Under the pieces are notes generated by a model. That model made no database searches and was not told the DNA's origin. It saw only the letters and a list, made by a program, of their open reading frames with translations. Positions 34,829-46,600 of a DNA stretch of 64,000 nucleotides are shown one piece after another. How positions within the stretch are numbered: position 1 is the stretch's first letter; the number at the start of each line of letters is the position of its first letter. Origin of the DNA: Epithemia pelagica (taxonomy: Eukaryota > Protista > Bacillariophyta); the NCBI GenBank assembly GCA_946965045.2, contig OX337233.1, positions 3,472,001-3,536,000 on the forward strand. Reading direction: 5' to 3'. The position numbers were made by a program, and so were the translations under genes.

Positions 34829-37109
34829 TGGTGTTGGTCATGGACTCATCCGCTGCACTGGAAGAGTTACCGTGATCCATGCTCACATCAAGGGATGTGG
34901 CCGGCTGCTTGGAGTCCTGCTCGGTGGCTACACTGCCATCCTGACTCATTTCATTGGGTTTCCGTTTGTTGTGTTGGTTTGTCGCTGTTGTGATGTTGGT
35001 AGCTGTTGGTTGCTGTTGGTTTTGTTGAGGATGATCGTATTGTCCTTGAGGATGACTTGCAGGGCTTGGAGCGTTGTAATGCTGTCCATCATTCTGTGGA
35101 GCAAAGTTTTGTTGCACTGGCATTCCTTGGTTCGAGACGTTGTGGTTATATTGGCCGTGAGGAGGAGGAGTAAAGTTTGGTTGTGGTGGTACTCCATGCA
35201 TTTGTGGCGCTATTGATGAGTACATTGCCTGGTTCGATGGGTGAAAAGATGATGGCGGTTGTCCTTGAGGGTAAGGAAGTGGTCCTTGTGCTGCATAAGG
35301 AGGCATTGGTGGCGGCGGCATCTGTAATTGCTGGAACGACTGCATCATTTGTTGTTGCATTGCAGCCATCAATGTCTGAACCATTTCGTTTTTGTCTCGT
35401 TCTTGTTGAGCCTTCTGGTCTCGAATGTAATTTTGAAACCTAAGATCCAATTCATCGAATCTTGTTTGAAGTTTGTCTTTTTCTTCTTTCATGCGATCGT
35501 AATCTTCTTGACTCACTTGGCTAGAATCCAAGTCAGATGATTTGCCCCTCATTATGACTGTCTGGATAGGTACTGCGTTTGTCCACGCTTGCGTGGTTGG
35601 TCCAGTTGCAATCGGCGGAGAAACGTACTTGTTTTGCTTTCGAGGACCTTCATTGACTTTGCCGTATGCTTTGTCTAATGCAGTAATGTAAGTTGCAAAA
35701 GATCCACCGTGAGAGGACCCTGCCGAGGAATCTTCATCTTCATCCATATCCGCGTAGACATTGCGTTTGAATGCTACTCTTGGCGGCAGATCAAATGGGA
35801 CTGGGTTGAGACCATTAGAATTCTTTTTGGCATTGACAAGTGATTCTATGTTCATACGTAGATATGACTTGATCGAATCGAAATAATCTCTCGTTGTATG
35901 CTCATTGTAACGTCCAATACGGTCGCTATCTTTGTGTTTTGTAACTCGTTGAACGCCTTCCATGCTACTCAGCTTTGATGCAAGACTCCACATGATCGTT
36001 GGGTGTATTCCTGCTATCGGAACAATTTGAATTTCGCTCAGATAATGATTCTGTTCAATCATTGCATTGATGTACTTCTCTTTGTTCGGAGTGTGTCGAA
36101 GTCGATGAAATAGAAATTCCGGATTGTCTTCATAGGTTATGTGAAGTAACTCCAAAAGTTTCTTGGCATCTTGTTGCCGGCACTGGAAGTCGAATGCTTT
36201 TGTAGAAAACGGATCACCTGAGTCGAAGATCATGGGCGAAGAGTAGTTGCAACAAAATTTTGGTATTTTCTTCTCCGGTGTTCTTGTCTTGCGAGCGATT
36301 TCTTTCTGAACCATTTCTTGCATTTCATCCGGAAGGATGTTACTTGGGTCATACCCAACGAAAAATCCTAGATTTGAAATTCTGATTTCATCCTCTTTCC
36401 ACATGTGTCTGGTCATCTTGGCGTGGGAGGACTTGAGTTTTTCATCGACAGAAAAATGACGACGAATCTCGCTGAGTGCGATTCGGGAGAGAATGCGATG
36501 TACCACCATATAAATTGGAGTTCTGCTCTTGTTCCTGTTGCCCTTGGAGTAGTGAAGGTCGTAATGGCGAAGATATGCCGTATATGACTGAAGCGATTCG
36601 ATCTTTTTTCGGCCAAGTCTCGTACCTCTGTTGTCGTAGATTTTCACTTCAGGGTATACTTTAGCGATTGTTTGTAAGATCGCATAATGGTAACGGGCAA
36701 CTTCAGTGCTTTGTTTGTCATCTTTGGGACGAAACATAAATTTGATGGTATACTCCTTTTCTTCTCCTTCATACTAAATGGGTTGGTTCGTAGTCGTTGC
36801 GGTAGCGGCACTTGCATCGTCGGTGTTGTTTTCGTTGGGGGCATTATCGTTGCTACTGCTGTTTGTGTTGTTGTTGTTTGGTTCCTTCGATACCTCTTGA
36901 GTTCCAGGTTTTTGAGTACCAGTTTGTGGATCTGAATTATCCTTCATCGTTGAATCATTGCCAGAAACGGCATGAGCTCCATTGGATCGTTCCGCCATGG
37001 TCAGCCAGAAACTTAGGACCGCCGCTACACTTTCTGGTGTAGGGCTTAGTACAAAATCTACAGAGACACCAGAAACTTTCCTTAAACCCAGTACTGACGT
37101 TACTTTCAA
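34800..37109 (-). pseudogene. LINE ORF1 with a coiled-coil and Q/P-rich tail, broken by a TAG at 36774-36776
   Basis: ORFs 36774-37109 and 34800-36737 share a frame (TNQPI*YEGEEKEYTIKFMFRPK). It lies directly 5' of ORF2. Confidence 0.75.
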
Positions 37110-37421
37110 TTTCGCCTTCTACGAAATTGTTGACCCGCACACCAGACAAAAAGCGGGTGGTTGTTTGAATGGGTGAAGGGGGGGGTGTATTGGGGGGCCT
37201 TCCTCCGTCGCCCCGCTTTGCGACCCAGGCGCGTCGGGCGCGTCCGGTCGGAGTCGGGCATGCGATACGATGGTTCGTCCACCCACGCGCGCCGGGGGAC
37301 CCTCCTCAAACGTGCTCGACACTACAATATTGTATACACGGGAGAGTATTTTTCTGCGAAAAGGAGCCCAACGACTTCCCACCAAAGAACCAAACACCAA
37401 CGCGAAAGGAAGTAACAAAAC

Positions 37422-38792
37422 CATGAACAACTTTCAACAACAAGCGCTGATGTCCGGACTGACGTTTTGTACGAACCAAAGCAGCACGCAAGGAGAAGAA
37501 GAAGAACCAAACTGGCAGGCAGCTCCATGGCCTGAGATGCCATTCGAGTTGGACGAAGGACATGCATCGGTCGTAATCGATCACCCCGACAAGAATCAAG
37601 GACTGATCTTGGTCGTATTGGGAGGCTATTCTTATCAAAATCCTTCTGCTCAGTTCAGGGATAATAGATTTATTTCCAACAATGCGGTTTTGCTGTTGAA
37701 TGTGGAACATGATCCTACTACTATGGCCTGGCGAGAAGCTCCACAGATGAACAAAGACCGACGTTACTTTGCCGCCGTGGTATGCCATGGCGCTCTGTAC
37801 TCCATTGGTGGACATTATTCCGAACATATCGATTCTGTTACTGATACGATTGAAAGGATTGACATTGGAGACTTACTTTCTTCATCCTGTTCGAACAATG
37901 AAACGAAGAAATGGACGACTTTGGAGTGTCGCTTGTCCAGCCCAAAAGAAGGGTGCGCCGCGGCCGTTGTACACGACAGATTCATTGTTGTGGCGGGTGG
38001 AGAAAAATCGATTCTGTTACTGATACGATTGAAAGGATTGACATTGGAGACTTACTTTCTTCATCCTGTTCGAACAATGAAACGAAGAAATGGACGACTT
38101 TGGAGTGTCGCTTGTCCAGCCCAAAAGAAGGGTGCGCCGCGGCCGTTGTACACGACAGATTCATTGTTGTGGCGGGTGGAGAAAATGAAAACATTCTCTC
38201 ATTCTCATCAGTTGATATTCTGGACGCATGGTCATGGGAAAGTCCATGCGCTTTGATGGCCGGGCCGCCATTAAAGGTGGCTCGAGAAAACTTTGGAATG
38301 GCGGTGGTGGGCCAACGTGTGTATGCAGTAGGCGGGCTGGGTAAAGAGCTCGAGTACCTCGACTCTGTGGAATATCTGGAATTTGAGGACTGGCGGAAAG
38401 CGGGGTCTCGAAATCCATCATCAGAACTCCCATTTACCAAGTCCTGGAAGATTGACGAGGATCTTGTTCTTGACAATGGCCGATTTAGCCATAGTGTGGT
38501 CCGAGTGGGATCTTGTCTCATTGTGGTTGGAGGAGATGGCCCGGATGCCGACTCCAGGTATTCTGTGGAGGTTTTGGATACGAAACGGAACCTGGTATGG
38601 GAGCTCCCAGAGCGGGGAATTGGACTGCTCAACCAGAGCGTGGTTGCCATTTCGAAAGGCATTGCAATAATTTCATGCTGGGGATCGGGAAATGCGGTTG
38701 AAACACTTTCTCTTGTGGACAAGAACACGGCATGTTTTGCTCGTTTGATGTCTCTCGGCAAGGCCCCTACTCGGCCAAAACAATATGAATAG
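37422..38792 (+). pseudogene. Kelch-repeat protein paralog 3, frameshifted by a 179-bp tandem duplication
   Basis: It starts MNNFQQQALMSGLTF and ends KAPTRPKQYE like paralog 1. The duplicated unit is 37828-38006 / 38007-38185. Confidence 0.85.
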
Positions 38793-39159
38793 TGTATGTG
38801 TGGAAGTTTCATTACGTTTGGGTGTCAGAGTCATGATTGTACGGACTTTTGAGCTTGAGAGAAGTAGTAGTTTCCATGCCTGTGTTGCTTTATTGGGTGA
38901 TTTGGTCGCGGAAGAAATGGATGGTCGATGGATGGGACAACAACGATTGCCTTTCCTCTAGAAAACGAGCACTCGGAATCACTTTTTTTCGCAAACCAAA
39001 CGGGACCCGAGAGAAGCAGCAACAACAATAGCAAGATGCTCGTGACAACTCGCCAAACAAGACGGTCAAACTCAATGTGTGCTGCCTTGGGCATTCCGGT
39101 GGATACTGGTCGGTAGATGCATGGTGGAGCGGCCGTCCAACCCACGAGTTGGTGCTTGC

Positions 39160-40440
39160 GCTTGGGCATGAACGTTCCCATGTCCCGCATTCGCGCAACA
39201 CGAGGGAACGATTCCGTACCCTGCGCCAAAAGAAGGACGAGGAGAAGGATCGTAAAGAGCACCACCGCCTTGAGGATCCCGACAACGGCATTTGCTCCAA
39301 GAGAAAGAACAGTCGTGGCATTACATGTCTCGTCGTTTCGCATGGAAACCATGACGACGACGGCGACAACGACAACAAGAGTACTTCTGTAAACCCAACC
39401 TCAGGGGGAACGGGTGATGGTGAGATGGCCCACCCCCTACGACGATTATTTGTATTACGAAACGAGGGTTCGCCGTCCATGAATCAAGGTTTTGAGTCCG
39501 ACAAGCCTTTGTCATTCACGACAAAATCTACTCGAGAGGGAAACAAATGATGCCCCCTGCTCGTTCCCCATGAATCAACAGACTGACGATGCCTAAAGGA
39601 ACAATATCTGTAGAGGCCTTTCCGTTGACAGGAACTCTGTTGCTTCGAATGGCGACTCCGTTTGAATCGCGCTGTACCAAACCCAAACGATCCGAACAAC
39701 CACAACCACAAGACAACAATGCAGCCCCACCAACTCAATGGCGCCGCCTTTGGCATTGTCGGCGATACAGCTCCCAATGTGTTGTGGCGATTGTTGCTCG
39801 AAGGAGAAGCACCACAACACTCGTGGGAGAACATGTCGTCGTCGCGTCACGTCGCGCACGAAAACGACGCCGTCGTCGTCGTCGCAGTGACGACAGTAAT
39901 AGTGAGGACGAAGACCGTCCCGCACAACCCCTGTCGGAAGCTGCGGCGGCCAATGCCGAAGATGAACGATACGAACGACGACAAAAGCGGGTGATTTGGA
40001 CGACGACCCCCACCACCCCCACAAAAAGTGGTGGATCCACGCTTGGAAGAAACTCATCACGTGCGCAAACACGTGGCCGATGTCAAGTTGCCCTTGTGGA
40101 CATCCGTCTTGGTGGTCAATCGTCAATTGAAAAAATTTGCCGAAAAGAATCGTGACAAGGTTTCGTTTTTTGATGCCACGTCCATGTTTACGCAAGTCGA
40201 TGCGGCCGGTCGGACCATTCTGCAAACGGATTTGATTTCCATTACAGGTCATCCCACCAAACGAGGCTTTGACGTGTGGGAAGAACACGTGGCACAATTC
40301 GCTCTGGACACACTGGTGCAACTCAAAAAGACAACGCCCGAACTCTTTCCCAACAACAACAACAACAACAACAAGAATACAAATAATACAGGAGGAGACG
40401 GAGGAGGAGAGGGTGGTAAAAAGTCCCAGGATAATGATTT
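39160..40440 (+). pseudogene. Second, fragmented SGNH-hydrolase paralog
   Basis: PMSRIR remnant near 39170. Segment 39790-40440 is highly similar to 16150-16750. A short deletion near 39990 shifts the frame. Confidence 0.65.
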
Positions 40441-40900
40441 GGAACGACCTCGTGTGTGTATCGGTTCTCTATATACTATATAGTAGAGAGATCAATGCGT
40501 TTTGTAGACAGAGACTCTTAGAACACCAGGGGAATCGCTTGGTACGAAATGAGATCTAGTAGAAATGGCACTTCAAGTGGAACACGATGATTCCTTTCCC
40601 GGAGACAAAGTCCGAGGATACAGAAGGGTGAGAGAGGACCAAGTTGTCACCCTACAATACCTGTCCCAATGTCCTCCTCCTATACCCATCCGAGAGGGAG
40701 AGAGAATGAATGGGCGGAGGAGATATTCTCTACCTACCTAGGTAGAGTAGAAGAGAGAGATGTCTTTACTCTGTTCCTTGCCTCTGTAACATGAATACTA
40801 TATACTTCCTTGCTGTGGATGCATTCTCTCAAACCCTGTGGTGGATGTGTGAACCTAGAATTTGGTGCGATCTGAGCTATCATAGAGTCCATAGCATTTC
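39790..40900 (+). repeat. Segmental duplication of about 16150-17440
   Basis: Similarity continues beyond the CDS (gtcccaggataatgatttggaacgacc; cttccccggagacaaagtcc; ggtgcgatctgagcta). Confidence 0.8.
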
Positions 40901-41414
40901 GAAAGTATTAGGTAGTAGGAGTATCTTTTTTTGTATCCATTCCTCCATAAAAAAAGACAAGATCCACATCAGCACGCTTATCCCAGGATTGTGGGACGAC
41001 ATATGATACCCTGGCCTTCTTGGACCCTCGGTTTTTTGTGAGTCTTTCTTCTCTTGCTATCGCTAACCTGCTCCAGTCTTCCGAACCCGTTTCTCCGCTA
41101 TCCAATCGTTCCGGTGGAGTGTCAATCCACAATATCTGACCCAGGGAGGAAACGGCCCAAAACCAAAAGGGCGTTCCTCCACTCGCCAACCCAATACGAC
41201 ACGTGCCTTGTCCTACTTGCAAGCGAGAAATCTTTCGCTCCTCCACTCCATTTTGCAAGTTGCAAAGCGAAACACTTTCTACGTAACAATTATCCTTGGC
41301 GAAACCAATCTCCATCCCATCTCTAACTTTCTCGCCATTCATCGCCGCATCTCCTCCCATCTCGTCCACCATCCTTCTTTTTCTGCTCATATTTGACGTC
41401 CCATACCTTCCTTC

Positions 41415-43541
41415 TCACGCACTCTTCTTTCCTCCGCTCTTGTTGGTGGCCGCCACAGCTGAATTCACAGACCGCTGCAGCTTGTCCATGCGTTCCTCTA
41501 GTCCAGTCTTGAGAGCCGTGAACTTCGACCTGGGCGTGGCAAACCGAATCAGATGTTCATGCAGAATGAGCGCTATCTTCGGATGCCCGCTGAAATCTGC
41601 CTGCCTATATTCCTTCATAACTTTGTGGGCGCGCAAGGTGCCCCAAAGCATCCCGGCAAGAGTGTTCGTTGCCCGTCCTGGCGCCCTTGCTTCTCGCAGA
41701 CTCCGAAAGACTGCTCGGACACAGTGTGAGATGAGAATCCACACTTCCTGACAGCTCGCTTCACTTTCTGCTTGGACCTGCTGATGGTAGCAAACGATCC
41801 AATGGCACAAGTCATCCCAAAATGTTTTGCTCTGTAGTAGCAACTCATGGGCGACGCTGGCCGGCTCCGTTCCAAAAGCAAACAGGTCTCCAATCGCTTG
41901 CTCCAGAGTCCTACGTCCATCCTTGACGTGATCCAGAATCCGCTGATGAATTCCCTCGCGACCCGACGGCGGATGGAAATCTTCGAATTTTGGCACTCCA
42001 CCCAATGCCCTCGAATTGGTGGTCAAAGACTGGTCCAAGCCTTTGCCAAGCAACGGGGGTACCTCCAAGTTAAACGAGGCGATGTAAGCGGTGTGATAAG
42101 GTGTCTTGTCACGGACCTTGGCTGTCGTTGCCCGCAGATTCGCCGCGCGTTCTTCGTCTAGACTCACGTCCGATGTGGCCAGCGACAACAACGATACCGC
42201 ATCCACAAACACATGGGGGTTGGTTTCTACTGCATGGCGCGCCATCCAAGATACACAGAACCCGCGAGACGGAAACACTATCGACCCAACAACAATGGCA
42301 TCAGATTCAGCCTGTTCTTGCAGGTCCTTCATACCCGACTTGAGAGTGTTCATTTCCTCTTTCAACCTTTGAAACTCTCCCTGTATCCACTGCATTTGGT
42401 CGGCACTTTGCCCATTAACCTGTGTTCCTCCGTACGATTGAGTGAACCATCCACCAGTTGAAGCAGAACTAATGGGCCATCCAAACGAAACCCCCGGGAC
42501 TCTTGTATTGCCCGACACAGACTGCGCTGGCTGACTTGCATTGCCTTGTTGTTCCACTCTCTCGATCCTCGAAGTGAGCTCGGAAAACAGTTCCGCCCAC
42601 TTCCCTCCTGGATCACTTTTGTTCGACGTGGATCGTGCAAGCAATTGCAAGGTTGGATTTACAAATTGCTTCCGAAAATCGCTGTGATCAGCAAAGAATT
42701 CATCCAATCGCTCTTGCACCAACGTCTTGGATGAAGCCACCGCCTGTTCAATTTTTCAATCCAGCTGCTCCAATTTGCCCAAGAAACCAGAATCCAATGG
42801 AGCTTCCAGACGCTTGGCCACCAAGCCTTGTAAGGCACGCACAGTCGTCATGCAATGAGTCAATGCTTCGAATGCAGACTGAGTGCCAAACTCCTCGGAT
42901 CTTGCTCCCAACAAGGCATGGATCAGTGAAAGCTTCACATGCAGCTTTTCGATTTCCACATCCACCGTTGCTTCCAGAACGTCTCGCTCCTGTCCTTCCT
43001 TTTCATGCTCCTCACGCAAAGTATTCACATTGGTAACTAAGTTAGACCACGCGCCACTTTGCAGCACCTTGACACTAAGTGTAGGCTGTTCAGTCCCAAT
43101 GTCTTCTGGTACAGCCTTCCAAGGAACCACCCTCCTCTTCTGTGGAGTAGCAACTGAGGGTACCTTGACTCCCATATCTTCCTCATCTTCACTTGTAACC
43201 GTTTCAACTAAAACTTGAGAACCTCGTTTCTTGCGTTTGGGATTGGGAGTCATGGCTTCGAACTTCACTTCAGACTTTGTGTTTTCCATGACTTTAGTTG
43301 CCGTAGATAGATCCACACCCTCACCCGACTCGGAGGCTGCATGCTTGAGGGATGCAAAGGTGGCTTGCCAACTCTCAATTGAGCGCGGGCTTAGCTCCAT
43401 TTCATTCCAATCCAGAGTGCGAATACAGTTGCCTTGAAGAACCGGTTGACAAAAGAGAACATCCGAAGCCTCAGAACTCGAAGAGTCACTAGCACCCCGA
43501 ATAAATATGCCCGAGGTGTCGTCATGATATAGAACATTCAT
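41415..43541 (-). pseudogene. About 708-aa hypothetical (probably TE-related) ORF split by one in-frame TGA at 42756-42758
   Basis: The two ORFs are in the same frame (EQLD*KIEQAVASSK). There are coiled-coil segments and a C-terminal LWGTLRAHKVMKEY...FSGHPKI segment. No family is confidently recognised. Confidence 0.55.
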
Positions 43542-43607
43542 TTCGCGCTATCTACATAAGCATTTTCGCGCCTTCTTTCTCCCCTGTTCCCCCAAGAAGC
43601 CAATGGC

Positions 43608-46600
43608 TGCGGTACCCGGACTCTGTCCCGCCACGACTCCACGTAAACATGACTCGATAGGTCCCTAGTTGAATCTGTGACATCTTTGACACTGACGTTC
43701 TCAGAATTCAGTCCGTCCTTGTCCCGTGTGCAGATGGCTTCTCTGGCCATCGCTCACTTTCCTAGCCTAATTCCTAAAGATCATAATTTTTACGTCCTAC
43801 CATTATGTATGGGTATGGCACTCTGATCAGATTCCTCAACGCCCTTGTTTTTCCTTCTTCACCATAACACGCCTCCGGCGGCCGACGTTTGTGCAATTCC
43901 TTTTGCCCGTCCTTTGATTCCTTTCCTTTCCTTTTCTCACCATTGCATCTCTCCATCATGGCAGACAACACAAATGGGTTCATTACCCTTGTCGATGCAC
44001 TCCGCTTCCAACGTCGCGTTGATGAGGCTCTGTCCTCCGATTCCTTCTCTTTGCTCAAGCTCAAAGATGACGACGACAAGTATTACGCTAACCTCCTCCC
44101 ATTTCGGGAGTCGACGGATGAAGATCCTCGCGATCTCTTTCTTTGGGTCCTCCACTTCGTGGACAAGATCCGCATCTCCGGTCATCCGGACCCCTTCGCC
44201 GCTTGTTGCGAGTATTTTCCTCGCTCGGTCACCAGCGCTATCGCTGATCCTTTTCTCGAAGCCTACAACGGTTTGCCTCCAGGCACCAATCTCGATAAAG
44301 CCTGTTTCCAAGGTTTGATTGCTGCGGTCTTCGCCCCTCTTGTCCTTGTCAGTGAAGTTAGTGCTTTCCGCACCTTCCTTCTTTCCGGGCCTCGAAAGCC
44401 CTCGGACATGACTGTGGATTCGCATTTGCAGTCTCTACGCAAGTTCTCTAATGGTCTCAAGTACCTCAGCTCTGACGCTGCAATCGTCCCCCTCACGGAA
44501 GACGAAATCAAACAAGCCTTTTACCAAGGCTCGCCGACTACATGGCGCACGGAATTTCAACAAGCCAATCCCTTGGTGCCGGACATTGTCAATCACTTTG
44601 ACACGGATGCTCTCTTGCAAGCCATGCGCGGATACCAGCGCGCCTCCAAGCAAAAGGCCCTCCTACGTGAGCAACAGCAAAATCGTTCGCAGTCTCGTCA
44701 AGACCCCTCTCGTCCTCGCGACTCCAACAACAGCGGCAATCGCGATCGTCGCGTGCGCTCTCGCCACTCTCGCGGTGGACTCCGCGGTGGCAATCGTGAC
44801 TCCTCACGTGGCGGAAATCGCCTTGGCAACTCCGACCGTAATGCCTCCTCCGGAGACAATCGTGGCGCCTCCGATGGCAACTCCGATCCCTGTCCGTATC
44901 GGACCACGATGGAATCTCATCGCAACCATTCTTGGGCTGATTGCATTTATAATCCTACGGGTCGCAATTTCAATCAAAGCCTTTTTGACGTCATGGTTCA
45001 ACGTTCTAACCGTTCTACCAGTGGCGGCAACGCCGGAACCAATCCTCCTCAAAGTGGTGGTTCCTCCAATGGCAATAACAACCCGCGTGGTGGCTCTTCC
45101 GTTCCTCTGCGTGCCACTTGGGGCTCTCGTCCTTCTGCCCCAGGTCGTGGCAGTGATCAACACGCCTCTGACACTGCTGGTGCCGGTAATGGATGGAATG
45201 CCGTTCCTGCCAATCCTCCTGCCGTAGCTCCTCCTCCAGGATGCGTTCCTACCATTCCTGTCGATGCCGAGGGAATCCAGCAGTGGAGCGATCTTCGCAA
45301 TCCTGAAAAGACGGTCCCCGGTACGTCTCACCTTTCATCTTCCTTTTCCTCGTCTCCTGACGATCCGACTCATCACCTGGGCATTTTGTTCTCGCAGCAA
45401 TGTCAGATCCAAACTGGCCCGCCAACGGCTATGCCGGCAGCGCAATCCATCCCGATGCACCCATCAACGAGGTCATCGACCAGCTCAATAAAATCTATGG
45501 GCGCGGAATGGACATTTCCCACATCTACGACCTGTCCACTGAAGGAGGTCTCGCTGCTTACGCCCGCGTCTCTATGTCGTGATGACGCTTTTATAAGCGA
45601 GGTGATTGATCCCAATAACGGTTACTTGGATAACCTAGAGTCTTATGATGAGTTCTACTCCCAATTTCCTTCATCTAGTGATGTTCCTCCGTTCGATTCG
45701 CCTTCTCGGCCTGAATGCGTTCCACTCACCATCGTCATGGCTCGCCATATTGGCGGTGTTGAAAATACGCTTCCCTTGCGTGCCCTGCTCGACTCAGGCG
45801 CTGACAAGACGATTCTTCATTCACGTTGCCTTCAACCAGGCATGATACCGCGGTCTACCGACCGTTCCGTGAACACGACCATGGGAACTCGTTCCGGTGT
45901 GTCCGAAATTCTCCTGGAAGACATTGTTCTCCCAGAGTTCTCACGAACCAAACACGTAACCTATCCCTTATGGGTCGACATCTATGATGCTCCCAACAGT
46001 CGCTATGATATCATCATCGGTCGCGATTTGCTTCGCCGTCTGGGCGTCCTTCTTGATTTCGATCGTGGGATCACCTCGTGGGACTCCATTGAAGTCGCAA
46101 TGCGCGACCGCGATTCATTCGCGACTGAACATGAGTTCGTCTCGCATTTCATCGATCTCTTCGCAGATGATGACGTCCTCGGTGACGATTACCTGCTCGA
46201 TTCAAATTACAAACAGGCAGATCTCGATGAGCTTCTTGCTCAACAGACTCATCTGACGCCCTCACAACAACAAGATCTTCTTGGTGTGTGGCTGAAATGC
46301 GGGCGCATCTTTGACGGCGTCCTGCGTGCCTATCCGGACAAAGAGTTGCATCTCGATCTCATGCCCGATGCCAAACCGGCTCATCATCGTCATTATGCGG
46401 TCCCTCGCAATATCCATGACACCTTTAAAAAGGAATTGTTTCGGTTTGTCGATATCGGCATTCTCGAACGAGTTGGTTCCACTGAGTGGGCCGCTCCTCA
46501 TTTCGCCATTCCTAAAAAGGATGGACGAATCCGAATGATCTCGGACTTTCGTTCGCTTAATGCGCAAATGTATCGCCGCGTCTATCCCTTTCCAAGGATC

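Larger units (their letters stand above)
28990..37330 (-). mobile_element. Non-LTR retrotransposon (ORF1 + APE-RT-RNase H ORF2), Ambal-like, decayed
   Basis: ORF2 pieces carry the EEP endonuclease (GCNPNG, ILLGDFNE, RIDYVLAS, RGDHRN), the RT (DYDATACYDRI, GSGQG, FVDDT), an RNase H (CSDGS, RAESYG, YTDS, HVKGHQD, NVDAD) and a CPLC..ETLTHFLRC knuckle. It has in-frame stops and one frameshift. The clade label is from recall of diatom LINE architecture. Ends are approximate. Confidence 0.85.

Noticed and set aside
11387-42758. Stop-codon reassignment explaining the in-frame stops
   Set aside because: All three stop types occur, intact genes end with the same codons, and frameshifts co-occur, so decay is simpler.
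43821-43840. Self-priming for the intact Gypsy
   Set aside because: Only 7 nt (gaatctg) of complementarity to the LTR, which is within chance.
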